Of a DNA stretch of 64,000 bases, positions 10,276-19,758 are shown piece by piece (positions within the stretch are counted from its first letter, which is position 1; each line of letters begins with the position of its first letter). The position numbers and the translations under genes are program-made. The notes under the pieces were generated by a model that made no database searches, was not told the origin of the DNA, and saw only the letters and a program-made list of their open reading frames with translations. The stretch is from an uncultured Clostridia bacterium (GTDB lineage: Bacteria > Bacillota > Clostridia > Christensenellales > Pumilibacteraceae). The stretch is taken from the NCBI GenBank assembly GCA_944372345.1, contig CALVYT010000008.1, forward strand, positions 10,690 through 74,689, in the 5' to 3' direction.

Positions 10276-10304
10276 TTGACAAACCGCTCGCATAATATTA
10301 TAAT
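10276..10304 (+). promoter_or_regulatory. consensus sigma-A promoter reading into the tRNA locus
   Basis: TTGACA (10276-10281), 17 nt, TATAAT (10299-10304). Confidence 0.65.
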
Positions 10305-10360
10305 AGTCGAGCACGGAACGGGAAAGCACGCTTCCCCGCCCCGGAAAATGTTACGGGTAT

Positions 10361-10493
10361 GCGCTGTCAGCTTGAGTTGTGATAGAGCGTCGGTCTACGT
10401 CAGCCGAAGGTCGGGGATTCAGTAGCCGAGCGTTCCGCAGGAACGCGAACGCCACGAGGAGCGCAGCGACGAAGTTACTCCTCACGGCGCGCC
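10361..10493 (+). pseudogene. degenerate tRNA-Arg(ACG)-like copy with a roughly 55-nt insert in the T-loop
   Basis: It has the same acceptor 5' arm (GCGCTGT) and anticodon-arm sequence as the intact tRNA, but with 1 extra nt in the anticodon arm. The T-arm GGGGATTC is separated from GAAgttaCTCCTCACGGCGCGCC by an insert containing the hairpin GCGTTCC-GCA-GGAACGC. Confidence 0.6.
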
Positions 10494-10523
10494 GCGCGCC
10501 GTTCATACATAAAAATTTCATAT

Positions 10524-10600
<77 letters not shown>

Positions 10601-10637
10601 ACAAAAACGGCACGAGTTTCACTCGCGCCGTTTTTGT
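10601..10637 (+). terminator. intrinsic terminator after tRNA-Arg
   Basis: ACAAAAACGGC...GCCGTTTTTGT stem-loop with a T-run inside the 3' arm. Confidence 0.6.
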
Positions 10638-10674
10638 TGCCGCGCCTGAGGAGGCGAATATTTTTCGCCCTATG

Positions 10675-10930
10675 GGCAACAAGTCATATCTGCTTCAAGC
10701 GAAAAATATTCGTAGCCGAGCGTTCCGCAGGAACGCGAACGCCACGAGCCGCGTCAGCGGCGAAGTTACTCCGAGCGGCGCGCCAAAAAAGCCGCAGGCA
10801 ACCGCCTGCGGCTTTTTGTCGCGCCGTGAGCAACCGAATATCCGGCAACAAGTCATATCTGCTTCAAACGAAAATATTCGAAGCCGAACCGCGAACGCCG
10901 CGAGGTGCGACACGACAAGTCGCCGACATA
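10675..10930. repeat. 169-bp module present 1.5 times
   Basis: Each copy has a GGCAACAAGTCATATCTGCTTCAA... block, a copy of the T-loop insert, a tRNA-3'-end-like sequence and a terminator hairpin. Copies start at 10675 and 10844. 10712-10748 is identical to 10422-10458, and 10762-10785 (GAAGTTACTCCGAGCGGCGCGCCA) mimics the tRNA 3' end. Confidence 0.7.
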
Positions 10931-10938
10931 TCGCTCAT

Positions 10939-11343
10939 TCAGAAATAGTCGTCGCCGCGGGAAGAGGGCGAAGAGGTCGCGGAAAGCAGACGGCGCTCGA
11001 GGTCGAGTTTTTCCGCGGCGTATTTGTCTCGGCGCCGACGGCAGACAAACTTATAAACGGGCAGCGACGCGGCAGCCGCCGCTATGCCGACAGAACCGAG
11101 CACGACGGAAAGCGGGATATTGTTCCAGACCAGAGCAAGACTCAGCCCCGCGCCGAACGTAAGCATTCCGACGATCGCGAGCGCGAACGCGGCGAGCAAA
11201 GCGGGCGTGCGCACTTCGGATTCGATCTCGCGCAGCCGCTGCAATATGTCGCCGACGGAGGAGCCGTCCGCGCCGCTTATCCCGCCCGAATGCAGCGACG
11301 AATAAGTGTATCTGAATTTTTTGTCGCGTTTGCCGTTCGTCAT
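10939..11343 (-). CDS. small two-TM membrane protein, translationally coupled to the histidine kinase
   Basis: 134 aa with two hydrophobic spans. Its ATG overlaps the kinase stop (ATGA). Confidence 0.6.
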   Translation of the reverse strand: MTNGKRDKKFRYTYSSLHSGGISGADGSSVGDILQRLREIESEVRTPALLAAFALAIVGMLTFGAGLSLALVWNNIPLSVVLGSVGIAAAAASLPVYKFVCRRRRDKYAAEKLDLERRLLSATSSPSSRGDDYF

Positions 11344-12401
11344 AGACTCACCCTCTCCCGATCACACGCCGCGAAACGGACGCGGAACGTACTGCCCTCT
11401 CCCGGCGAGCTTTCCACGTCTATGACGCAGCCGAGAAGATCGATCGCTTTTTTCACGAGCGCAAGTCCCAGTCCGTTACCCTCCGAAGCGTGCGACGTAT
11501 CTCCTTGATAAAACTTATCGAATATGTGCTCGCCGACGCCCTCGTTCATACCGCAGCCGCTGTCCGAGATCTCCGCGACTATCTCGCCGCCGCGCTGCGC
11601 CAGCGTGACGCGCACCATCCCGCCGCGGGGCGTGAACTTGACGGCGTTGGAGAGCAGGTTGTTCCATATGAGTTCGAGCAGTCCTTCGTCGGAGAGCGCG
11701 ACCGCGCCGTCGCACACGTCGCATTCGAGCGCGACCCCTTTTTCTTCCGCCGCGTCCTCGAACGCAATGACGCTGCGCCGCAGCGACTCGCCTATGTCCG
11801 TCGGTCTGAACTCGGGCGGCGGCTGGTGCTCCATACGGTTGAGCCGCAGGATATTCGTCGTCAGCGACGACAGGCGCGACGCGGTTTCGGCAAGCGTGCG
11901 CGCGTAAGAGCGCGTTTCCTCATCCGTCAGTCTGCCGTCGGCGATCGCGTAGGCGTAGGTGCATATCACGGAAAGCGGGGTCTTGAACTCGTGGGACACA
12001 TTGGAGATAAAATCCTTGTTGAGCACGCTCGTTTTGCCCAGCTCTTCCGCCATCGCGTTGACGTTGTCCATTATCTCGCCGTAACCGTTATACGCTTCGA
12101 GAGCGCGCGCGGGCGCTATCCTGACGGAAAAGTCCCCCGCCGCTATGCGTTCCGTGGCGTCCGTTATCTTCCTGACGGGCAATCCCGTCATATACCTGCG
12201 GCGGAGCGCGTCGAGAGCGGTCAGCAGTCCCGCCAGCGCGCATATGACCGCGATTATCACCAATGCAATGACCGCGCGGCTGTCCGTCGCCTCGCTCACC
12301 TTGTCGTATACCAGCACCGCGACCATTATTATGACCGCCGTCATCAAAAACCACAGCATATATTCGGCGAAAACGACGCTCCGCCTTCCCGCCCGCTTCA
12401 T
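11340..12401 (-). CDS. sensor histidine kinase (HAMP plus HisKA/HATPase)
   Basis: H-box SHEFKTPLSVI, N-box NLLSNAVKFTPRGG, G-box DSGCGM, with two N-terminal TM spans. Confidence 0.9.
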   Translation of the reverse strand: MKRAGRRSVVFAEYMLWFLMTAVIIMVAVLVYDKVSEATDSRAVIALVIIAVICALAGLLTALDALRRRYMTGLPVRKITDATERIAAGDFSVRIAPARALEAYNGYGEIMDNVNAMAEELGKTSVLNKDFISNVSHEFKTPLSVICTYAYAIADGRLTDEETRSYARTLAETASRLSSLTTNILRLNRMEHQPPPEFRPTDIGESLRRSVIAFEDAAEEKGVALECDVCDGAVALSDEGLLELIWNNLLSNAVKFTPRGGMVRVTLAQRGGEIVAEISDSGCGMNEGVGEHIFDKFYQGDTSHASEGNGLGLALVKKAIDLLGCVIDVESSPGEGSTFRVRFAACDRERVSL

Positions 12402-13069
12402 TTCATCACCGCCTTATAGCCCAGCCCGTGCACCGTGACTATCTCGAACCCGTCGCACACCGCCGTTTTTTCGCGCAGCTTCGCCATATACACGTCCACC
12501 GTGCGCGACGTCGCCGACGAATCGTAGCCCCAGAACTCGTCCATCAGCTGCGCGCGGGTAAACGTCTTTTTCGGATACGACAGCAGTTTATAGAGCAGAT
12601 CGAACTCGCGGACGGTCATCGGGACCTCCTCGCCGTTTATATACGCGGTATGCTCGTCCGCGTTCATACGCAAGTTGCCCGCGGTTATCTCCCGCGAGGC
12701 GTTTATCTTCGCCCGCCGCAGCAGCGCGCCTATGCGCATTATCAGCTCGTCCATATCGAACGGCTTGGTGACGTAATCGTCTATGCCCAGCCTGTACCCG
12801 AGCAGCTTGGACGGCTTGTCGTCGAGCGCGGTCATAAACAGCAGCGGCACGTTGGCGTCCGCCTCGCGCAGACGTTCGGCAAGCCCGAACCCGTCCAGCC
12901 GCGGCATCATAACGTCAGTCACGACGAGGTCGTAAGACCCGCCGCAGAACGCTTCCAACGCCTCTTCGCCGTCGCGGCACAGCGTCGCGTCGTAACCCGC
13001 AAGTCCGAGCCGCGCCTTCACGAGCGCTCCCAGATCCTTATCGTCCTCGGCAACGAGTATTTTTATCAT
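12398..13069 (-). CDS. OmpR/PhoB-family response regulator
   Basis: MIKILVAEDDKDL...DLVVTDVMMPRLDG receiver domain plus a winged-helix C-terminus (REFDLLYKLL...RTVDVYMAKLREK). The start is at 13069; the track extension upstream is unlikely. Confidence 0.9.
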   Translation of the reverse strand: MIKILVAEDDKDLGALVKARLGLAGYDATLCRDGEEALEAFCGGSYDLVVTDVMMPRLDGFGLAERLREADANVPLLFMTALDDKPSKLLGYRLGIDDYVTKPFDMDELIMRIGALLRRAKINASREITAGNLRMNADEHTAYINGEEVPMTVREFDLLYKLLSYPKKTFTRAQLMDEFWGYDSSATSRTVDVYMAKLREKTAVCDGFEIVTVHGLGYKAVMK

Positions 13070-13174
13070 AAGCAAATCTCCCTCACCCGTTCCTGCCTCC
13101 GTATATAATGATAGCGCGGATATGTTCGGATAATCGTTAAATAATGTTAAAGTTTTGTAAAAGTTGCGTTTCCG

Positions 13175-13210
13175 GAAAAAATCCGCGCCCGTATGCAAAG
13201 AGGCGCGGAT
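13175..13210 (-). terminator. intrinsic terminator (reverse strand) upstream of the two-component operon
   Basis: ATCCGCGCC...GGCGCGGAT stem followed by T7 on the reverse strand. Confidence 0.6.
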
Positions 13211-13270
13211 TCCAAAAGGAGGAAATGATGTACGGCTTGCGCCGCCGAGATGATGCGCGTTCGGACGATT

Positions 13271-13303
13271 TTCACACAGCCGTCACATATCTGTCACATA
13301 AAC
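13271..13303. promoter_or_regulatory. three 11-bp-phased TCACA direct repeats (PhoP/OmpR-type box), copy A
   Basis: TTCACACAGCCGTCACATATCTGTCACATAAAC is near-identical to 35802-35833. Confidence 0.45.
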
Positions 13304-13508
13304 TATACCATATCCGCGCGAAAATTGCAATAGGGTCGGCGAAATCTTTATCAGATTTTAATGTTCGGATCAAGCCGGGCTGAAAGGCGCTTGTCTTGTC
13401 CGCGCCGCCACCGGACGGAAATAACGCTCGTAAGGTACGGACCGCCGGTCGTCGGCGTCCGCAATAAGCGCGCGACGTCCGGGCGGAAACGACCTTGCAA
13501 TGTCCGCT

Positions 13509-14435
13509 TCACCGCGGGTCGGAAACGACCTTGGCTACGAAAAATCCCTCGTAATATTCGTCCGGAGCAACGAGCGTTCCGCACTCCGACGGCAGTACGG
13601 CGGCGCGCTCGGGCGCGAGCCCCGTCTCCGCGACGGAAAACCCCGAACGCGGCAACGCGGACAGCAGAGCCTCCTCGTTCTCGCACGGCAGCAGCGAGCA
13701 CGTCGAATAGACGAGAACGCCGCCGGGCGCGAGCAACGCGAACGCGCGGGAGAGCAGCGCGCGCTGTTTTTTCATACACGCGGCGAGCAGTTTTTCGGAA
13801 AAATTCCCGCCGTCCGTTTCGGACAGCGTGCCGCTCCCCGAACAGGGCGCGTCGAGCAGGATGCGGTCGAACTTCATTGCGGGGTCGAGCGCGGACGCGT
13901 CCGTGACGAGCACGCTCACGCGGCGCGCGCCGAGCAGGGCGAGATTGTGTTTCAGCCGCTCCGCGCGCACGGGGTTTATCTCGCACGCCGTTATATACGC
14001 CCCGCCGCCCGTCAGCGCGGCGATCTGCGACGTTTTTCCGCCGGGAGCCGCGCACATATCGAGGACGTTCTCCCCCGCCGACGCGCCGAGAGCGAGCGGC
14101 GGCAGCATGGACGACAGGCTCTGAACGTATATCTCCCCGTTCGCATACATTTCCGACGAACGGAGAGCGGCGTAGTCGCCGCCGGCGACGGCATAGCCTC
14201 CGCCTATGCGCTCGAAAGCGATCCCCGTATTTTGCAGCGCGCTCTCGACGCGCTCCGCCGTACTTTTGAGGGTATTGACGCGGAACGTCGTTTTACGGCG
14301 CGAGCAAAGCCCTCGGATGACGTTTTCCGCTTCCGCTCCGTACGCTCCGCTCAGCCGCGCGGCAAGTTGTGCGTTTATCTCCATACGTCCATTATAACGG
14401 CGCGCGGCGGCTTTTGTCAAGAAAAAGCGCGCCAC
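13509..14435 (-). CDS. NOL1/NOP2/Sun-family RNA cytosine-C5 methyltransferase (RsmB/RsmF-like)
   Basis: VLDMCAAPGGKTSQIA (SAM motif I), DRILLDAPCSGSG and STCSL are the catalytic Cys motifs. The start is uncertain: GTG at 14435 or ATG at 14384. Confidence 0.85.
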   Translation of the reverse strand: MARFFLTKAAARRYNGRMEINAQLAARLSGAYGAEAENVIRGLCSRRKTTFRVNTLKSTAERVESALQNTGIAFERIGGGYAVAGGDYAALRSSEMYANGEIYVQSLSSMLPPLALGASAGENVLDMCAAPGGKTSQIAALTGGGAYITACEINPVRAERLKHNLALLGARRVSVLVTDASALDPAMKFDRILLDAPCSGSGTLSETDGGNFSEKLLAACMKKQRALLSRAFALLAPGGVLVYSTCSLLPCENEEALLSALPRSGFSVAETGLAPERAAVLPSECGTLVAPDEYYEGFFVAKVVSDPR

Positions 14436-14490
14436 GCCGCGGTTGCGGCGGGGCGCGCTTTACGTCCGTCGTTTGCGTTTGCCCGAACGG

Positions 14491-15021
14491 TCAGTTGCGT
14501 TTGAGCAGCATCATCACTCCGGACACGACCGTGCCTATCGCACAGAAATACATTCCCACGATCGGGAATACGGACGTTACGGACACGTCTCCCATTTCGG
14601 TACTGAGATCGCCGCCGAGAACGTATGAGAACACGGCGACGAGCACGCCGACTGCGATGGTCGCGATCGAGATCAGGAGCGAAACGAGCCCGTTGATCTT
14701 CGCGGCTTTTGCCGCCTTGATCACGACTCCCGCCACGCAGACGAGAGCGAGCACCGCGCCTATTATCGCGAACGCCTGCACAAGCCCGACGGGCAGCACG
14801 CTCTGATCCAGCAATTCCCTCGCATCTACGCGCTTGGACAGCTCTTCCGAGAACAGTCCCATACTGCCGCCCTCGATATTGCCTTCTGCCGCAGAAGATC
14901 CCATCCACGGGATGAACAGACCGATCACGGCGAACACGAGTCCCGCCGCCGCGAGCAGAATGAACACCAGATCGATGGGTCCTATGCTCGACGTTTTTCT
15001 TCTTCTTGCCATAAATTTCAC
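14491..15021 (-). CDS. hypothetical integral membrane protein
   Basis: 176 aa with 4-5 hydrophobic spans. Coding-like composition, no recognisable motif. Confidence 0.55.
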   Translation of the reverse strand: MKFMARRRKTSSIGPIDLVFILLAAAGLVFAVIGLFIPWMGSSAAEGNIEGGSMGLFSEELSKRVDARELLDQSVLPVGLVQAFAIIGAVLALVCVAGVVIKAAKAAKINGLVSLLISIATIAVGVLVAVFSYVLGGDLSTEMGDVSVTSVFPIVGMYFCAIGTVVSGVMMLLKRN

Positions 15022-15239
15022 CTCCGAATTTTCCGATACGGAGTCGGAACGACCGTTCCGCGCCCCTTATCAAGGATATTATAACATATCCGCGGGAAAT
15101 GTTCAACGGCATACGGAAAATTTTCTTCTTCCGTCAAACGGTTTTTTCCGTTTTTCCGTCATTAGCGAATGACGGTTCAGCGCAATACTAATTCAGCATA
15201 AAGGAAGGGATCCGGCGTCTTTCAGACGCCGGATCCCGA

Positions 15240-15653
15240 ATGATCGTTTACACGCTTGCATATTCGTCCGCATCACAAACGAACGATCGTACATTCAATC
15301 ATGCTGCTGCCGCTGCCGCTGCCGCCGTAACATATGTCGGTGGAACGGTATCCGAATACGTTATACGCGAAAAAAACGGACGAGATATTCTCGCAGTACT
15401 TATCTGCCTCACCCCTCCCCTGTCAGGTTTCGGTATCTCCGCCGAAAACCAGATCCCTGCCAAAAAATATCTCGCCTATTATGTCGCAAACGGCACGATA
15501 AGTCTCATATCCAAATGGCTCGAGGATAACTGTTATATGGAAGCCGAAGAATTCGCACGGATCATCTATTCGTATTGCGGAGCGCTGTTCGGGATCAAAA
15601 CGGCTGTCGGACAGGATGCCGCGCATACAATAAAGTCATATATATTACAATAA
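15240..15653 (+). pseudogene. possible remnant of a TetR-family regulator (C-terminal ligand-domain-like part only, no HTH)
   Basis: The C-terminal half, YLAYYVANGTISLISKWLEDNCYMEAEEFARIIY, resembles the TetR_C (DhaS-like) region. The N-terminal part is low complexity (A8). It sits in a locally AT-richer islet. Confidence 0.3.
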
Positions 15654-15674
15654 CTCAAAATACCCCGAATATAA

Positions 15675-15713
15675 ACGCGTCTCCGCGAAACGCTATGTTT
15701 CGCGGAGACGCGT
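15675..15713. terminator. 17-bp perfect hairpin between convergent genes
   Basis: ACGCGTCTCCGCGAAAC-GCTAT-GTTTCGCGGAGACGCGT, with no clear T-run. Confidence 0.5.
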
Positions 15714-15751
15714 CCGTATGTATGCCGATCGGATCGAATAAGTGCTCCGAT

Positions 15752-16780
15752 TCATCCGAGTTTTACTTTGCGGCAGGTCGCCTTATATCCCGATACTATG
15801 ATCGCACGTCCTATCGGCCGAGGGAAATAAGTGTGAAGCGCCGGATAATGGCGGTATCTGAGTTTGCCGTACAGCCACTTATCCTTTTCTTTTATCTTCG
15901 CCCACACCTCGCGCAGGGCGGCGTATTTCTCCTTGCTCGGAACGGCGACGGAGAACGTGATCGTGATTATCATCAGACACGCGAGCGTATGCAGCATATA
16001 TTTCGCAAGGCGCGGCTCGCGCTTTTTCAGCTCCCGCAGGTCGTATGCTTCCGCCATTATCAGCATTACCCTGTTCTGCTGGTCGGTACGCTTGGAGAAA
16101 CTCGCGATGTTGACTGACTGGTCGACCCGCCCTATATAATAATGATAGAGATCTATGTCGAGATAATACATAGTTTTCACATACGGCAGAGGAACGTATG
16201 CGAAAATATTGTCGACGTAAAACGTATGCTTGGGCAGTTCCAGCCCGCACTCGCGCAGCACGCGCACGGAATACATCAGCGCATGCATAAGCAGCACGCT
16301 CGACCCGCGGAACGGCTTTACCCTGTCCCAGCCGAACGTTTCTCCGACGGGCATATTTTTCACATACCTGCGCGTGAACGACTGCCCGTCGCTTATGCGG
16401 TCGTATATGAAATTCGTGATATACATATCGGGCAGCGCGTTCTCTTCGCGGTGACGGCGCACCGTAGCGAGCAATTCGGAGAGCGCTCCCTCGTCCACCC
16501 AGTCGTCCGAATCCACGACCTTGTAATACAGCCCGCGCGCAAGACGGACGCCCTGATTCACGCCCTCGCCGTGCCCGCCGTTCTCCTGGTGGACGGCGCG
16601 GCAGATAGCGGGATAGCGGCTCGCGTATTCGTCCGCTATCGCGCCCGTTCCGTCCGTCGAACCGTCGTCGACGATGATGATCTCCACTTCTTCGCCGCCC
16701 GAAAGCAGCGAATCTATGCACTTGCGCATATACGCCTCCGAGTTATAACTCGGAACGGCAAATGATATCAGCTTTTCCAT
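15752..16780 (-). CDS. family-2 glycosyltransferase
   Basis: FAVPSYNSEAYMRKCIDSLL...IIIVDDGSTDGT...DSDDW are GT-A/GT2 motifs. Confidence 0.88.
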   Translation of the reverse strand: MEKLISFAVPSYNSEAYMRKCIDSLLSGGEEVEIIIVDDGSTDGTGAIADEYASRYPAICRAVHQENGGHGEGVNQGVRLARGLYYKVVDSDDWVDEGALSELLATVRRHREENALPDMYITNFIYDRISDGQSFTRRYVKNMPVGETFGWDRVKPFRGSSVLLMHALMYSVRVLRECGLELPKHTFYVDNIFAYVPLPYVKTMYYLDIDLYHYYIGRVDQSVNIASFSKRTDQQNRVMLIMAEAYDLRELKKREPRLAKYMLHTLACLMIITITFSVAVPSKEKYAALREVWAKIKEKDKWLYGKLRYRHYPALHTYFPRPIGRAIIVSGYKATCRKVKLG

Positions 16781-16871
16781 GCACCCGCACCTGCCTTTGA
16801 ATTACATTTACAGTATAGCATAACCCTCCGCGCTTTGCAACGATTATCGGGCGGTATCGGCAAACTGCGAC

Positions 16872-16905
16872 AAAAAAAAACAACGCCGGGAGAAACTCCG
16901 GCGTT
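16872..16905 (-). terminator. intrinsic terminator of dnaJ
   Basis: Reverse strand: AACGCCGGAG-TTTCTC-CCGGCGTT followed by T9. Confidence 0.8.
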
Positions 16906-16916
16906 ATCGTCGATGT

Positions 16917-18038
16917 TTATTTTCCGAAGAATTTCTTCTTGCCGGGCTGGCGGGAAAGCGAATCGCGGTATTCTTTGAGCGCGGTCTTCTGTTCGTCCGT
17001 CAGCGACACGGGGATATCCACGTCGAGATCGACGAACAGGTCGCCTCTGCCCACGCCGTTTACGCGCGGCACGCCTTTGCCCTTGATACGCACGCGCGTT
17101 CCCGACTGCGTGCCCTGCGCTATCCGCTGCGTCACGCTGCCGTCCAGCGTCGCTATCGTTATGTCGCCGCCCATCACCATGGTCGGGTACGGCACTTTGA
17201 CACGCGCGTAAAGATCGGTGCCGTCGCGGCGGAAATCGGGATTGGCGCGCACGACGACCTCGACGATAAGGTCGCCCCTGCCGCCGCCGTTCGTTCCCGG
17301 CTCGCCCTCGCCGCGCACTCTGACGCCCTGACCGTTGTCTATGCCCGCGGGAATGCGCACTTTGAGCCGCTTGCGCGTGTTCGTGTACCCCGTGCCGCCG
17401 CACGACGGGCACTTGTGCGCCACTTTCATACCCGTGCCGCCGCAGTCGGGACAGCGCGAAGTGCGGCTGACCATACCGAACGGCGTGCGCTGGCTGCTGA
17501 CCACCTCGCCGCTGCCGCCGCAGGTCTTACAGGTGACGGGCTTCTCCCCGTCCTTGCCGCCCGTGCCGCGACAGGCGCGGCACTCGTCCTTATAGCTGAG
17601 CTCGATCTCCTTCTCGCAGCCGAACACGGCTTCTTCAAAATTGATGCGAAGGACATACGTCGTATCTTTGCCCTGCACGGGTCCGCGGGGACGCGCGCCG
17701 CGCCGCCCGCCGCCGAACATACCGCCGAAAATATCCCCGAAAATATCCCCGAATCCCGAGAACATATCGCTGTAAGAGCCGGAGTCGAACCCGCCGAAAC
17801 CGCCGCCGAAGCCCGCGTGCCCGACCGCGTCGTACTGTTTTCGCTTTTCCGCGTCCGAAAGCACGCCGTAAGCCTCGCTCGCCTCCTTGAACTTCGCCTC
17901 CGCTTCCTTGTCGCCGGGGTGGAGATCGGGGTGGTACTTTTTCGCGAGGTCGCGGTACGCTTTTTTTATCTCGTCGTCCGAAGCCGTCTTGCTCACGCCG
18001 AGCACTTCGTAATAATCTCTTTTCTTCTCGTCTGCCAT
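16917..18038 (-). CDS. dnaJ: molecular chaperone DnaJ (type I: J domain, G/F region, four CxxCxGxG)
   Basis: DYYEVLGV...KKYHPD, a GFGGGFGGF region, and [32 protein letters not shown]. Confidence 0.95.
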   Translation of the reverse strand: MADEKKRDYYEVLGVSKTASDDEIKKAYRDLAKKYHPDLHPGDKEAEAKFKEASEAYGVLSDAEKRKQYDAVGHAGFGGGFGGFDSGSYSDMFSGFGDIFGDIFGGMFGGGRRGARPRGPVQGKDTTYVLRINFEEAVFGCEKEIELSYKDECRACRGTGGKDGEKPVTCKTCGGSGEVVSSQRTPFGMVSRTSRCPDCGGTGMKVAHKCPSCGGTGYTNTRKRLKVRIPAGIDNGQGVRVRGEGEPGTNGGGRGDLIVEVVVRANPDFRRDGTDLYARVKVPYPTMVMGGDITIATLDGSVTQRIAQGTQSGTRVRIKGKGVPRVNGVGRGDLFVDLDVDIPVSLTDEQKTALKEYRDSLSRQPGKKKFFGK

Positions 18039-18178
18039 ATTCTATCGTCCGAGGGGCGCGCGCCCCGTGCGTTTTTCTATTTCGGCGGTTCTCCGCCGTC
18101 ACACACACATATATATATTCGTCTTCAATATATCCGCGGTCGGCATACCGCCGCCCTGTATATATTCTTCAATATCGG

Positions 18179-18207
18179 ATTATAGCCGACATCGGGGAAA
18201 AAGTCAA
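18179..18207 (-). promoter_or_regulatory. sigma-A promoter of dnaJ
   Basis: Reverse strand: TTGACT (18202-18207), 17 nt, TATAAT (18179-18184). The leader is about 135 nt. Confidence 0.6.
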
Positions 18208-18211
18208 GCGA

Positions 18212-18238
18212 TTAGCACTCATTTGCCGCAAGTGCTAA
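18212..18238. promoter_or_regulatory. CIRCE (HrcA operator)
   Basis: TTAGCACTC-N9-AAGTGCTAA against the consensus TTAGCACTC-N9-GAGTGCTAA (1 mismatch). Confidence 0.85.
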
Positions 18239-18335
18239 AAATATACCCTCGGGATCGTTGCCCCGAGGGTATATCTTCGTCACTGCTGGCTCATTAGTCG
18301 GAAGGAGTCGCCTTGATCCTCGGTTTCTTGATGCA

Positions 18336-18371
18336 GGAAAACGAAATGCCCTCTGAAAACAGAGGGCATTT
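18336..18371 (-). terminator. intrinsic terminator of gap
   Basis: AAATGCCCTCT-GAAAAC-AGAGGGCATTT, followed by a T-rich tract on the reverse strand. Confidence 0.8.
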
Positions 18372-18397
18372 GACGTATTTTACCTGTTACGGAACTA

Positions 18398-19492
18398 TTA
18401 CTTGCTGATAAGCTCGCCGAAATACTTGATCGTGCGAACCATCTGGCTGGTGTAGGAGTTCTCGTTGTCGTACCAGGAAACTACCTGTACCTCATAGAGG
18501 TCGTCGGTAATCTTCAGGACGCTGGTCTGCGTCGCGTCGAACAGAGAGCCGAAGGTCATTCCGATGATGTCGGAAGAAACGATCTCGTCCTCGTTGTAGC
18601 CGAAGGACTCGTTCGCGGCAGCCTTCATAGCGGCGTTGATGCCTTCCTTCGTGATGTCCTTGCCCTTGACGACGGCGGTGAGGATGGTCGTCGAACCCGT
18701 CGGGGTGGGAACGCGCTGCGCCGCGCCGATGAGCTTGCCGTTAAGCTCGGGGATAACAAGGCCGATTGCTTTCGCTGCGCCCGTGGAGTTGGGAACGATG
18801 TTGCACGCGCCGGCACGGCTGCGGCGAAGGTCGCCCTTTCTCTGCGGTCCGTCGAGGATCATCTGATCGCCGGTGTAAGCGTGGATCGTGCACATAATAC
18901 CGCTCTGGATGGGAGCGAACTTGTTGAGCGCGTCCGCCATCGGAGCGAGGCAGTTCGTCGTGCAGGAAGCCGCGGATATGATCGCGTCGTCCTTCGTGAG
19001 CGTCTTGTGGTTGGTGTTGTAAACGATCGTTTTGAGATCGTTGCCCGCGGGAGCGGAGATGATGACGTGCTTTGCGCCCGCGTCGATGTGAGCCTGCGCC
19101 TTAGCCTTGCTCGTATAGAAGCCGGAGCATTCGAGAACGACGTCGATACCGAGCTCCTTCCAGGGCGCGTTTGCCGCGTTGGGGATAGCGTAGATCGTGA
19201 TCTCCGTGCCGTCGACCGTGATGGAACCCGGGGTGACGACCGTCTTGCCGTCTTCCGCCATAACGGGATCCTTGTGCGTGATCGTGTGCTTGCAGCCGCC
19301 GATGCCCGCATAGTTGCCCTGCGAGGAATCGTATTTGAGAAGGTGCGCAAGCATCTTGGGCGAGGTCAGGTCGTTGATGGCGACGATCTCGAATCCTTCG
19401 GCGCCGAACATCTGACGGAAAGCAAGTCTGCCGATGCGTCCGAAGCCGTTAATAGCTACTTTTACGTTTGCTTTTACGTTTTTGGTTGCCAT
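18398..19492 (-). CDS. gap: glyceraldehyde-3-phosphate dehydrogenase
   Basis: [15 protein letters not shown] and SCTTNCLAP (catalytic Cys). The ATG at 19492 lies 8 nt after GGAGGA; the upstream in-frame ATG at 19510 itself forms part of that RBS. Confidence 0.93.
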   Translation of the reverse strand: MATKNVKANVKVAINGFGRIGRLAFRQMFGAEGFEIVAINDLTSPKMLAHLLKYDSSQGNYAGIGGCKHTITHKDPVMAEDGKTVVTPGSITVDGTEITIYAIPNAANAPWKELGIDVVLECSGFYTSKAKAQAHIDAGAKHVIISAPAGNDLKTIVYNTNHKTLTKDDAIISAASCTTNCLAPMADALNKFAPIQSGIMCTIHAYTGDQMILDGPQRKGDLRRSRAGACNIVPNSTGAAKAIGLVIPELNGKLIGAAQRVPTPTGSTTILTAVVKGKDITKEGINAAMKAAANESFGYNEDEIVSSDIIGMTFGSLFDATQTSVLKITDDLYEVQVVSWYDNENSYTSQMVRTIKYFGELISK

Positions 19493-19702
19493 TATTGTTT
19501 GGTCCTCCATAAATTTTCCGTGTGTTTTTATCTCACGAAACTATTATACTCCCTTTTATCGCAAAAATCAAGAATTTTAACGCTTCTCGCGCAATTTCGT
19601 TTCCGCAAGTCCTCCGCATATATTTTTCCGATCCTCCCCGCTCCCCTAACTCCCGCCCGCGCCGCATTTTCCGAAAAACGAACGGAAATCAAGCGCGGAT
19701 GC

Positions 19703-19741
19703 TTGACAAACGCGATGAATTGTATATAATGGATATATACA
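19703..19741 (+). promoter_or_regulatory. promoter plus palindromic operator candidate for the GntR-ABC operon
   Basis: TTGACA (19703-19708), 16 nt, TATAAT (19725-19730). It overlaps the inverted repeat TGTATATA-N5-TATATACA (19721-19741). Confidence 0.5.
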
Positions 19742-19758
19742 ATATTTGCGGTAAACCT

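Noticed and set aside
13225-13383. A 52-codon ORF preceded by AAAGGAGG.
   Set aside because: The spacing from the RBS to the ATG is only 2-5 nt, it has no recognisable family, and the phased TCACA boxes sit inside it. It is kept only as a note under the box finding.
13380-13510. A direct repeat GGAAACGACCTTG x2 and repeat-array-like words just downstream of the RsmB-like stop.
   Set aside because: The matches are short (9-15 nt) in GC-rich sequence and may be chance. They are mentioned only as a possible degenerate relative of the 25.4-kb array.
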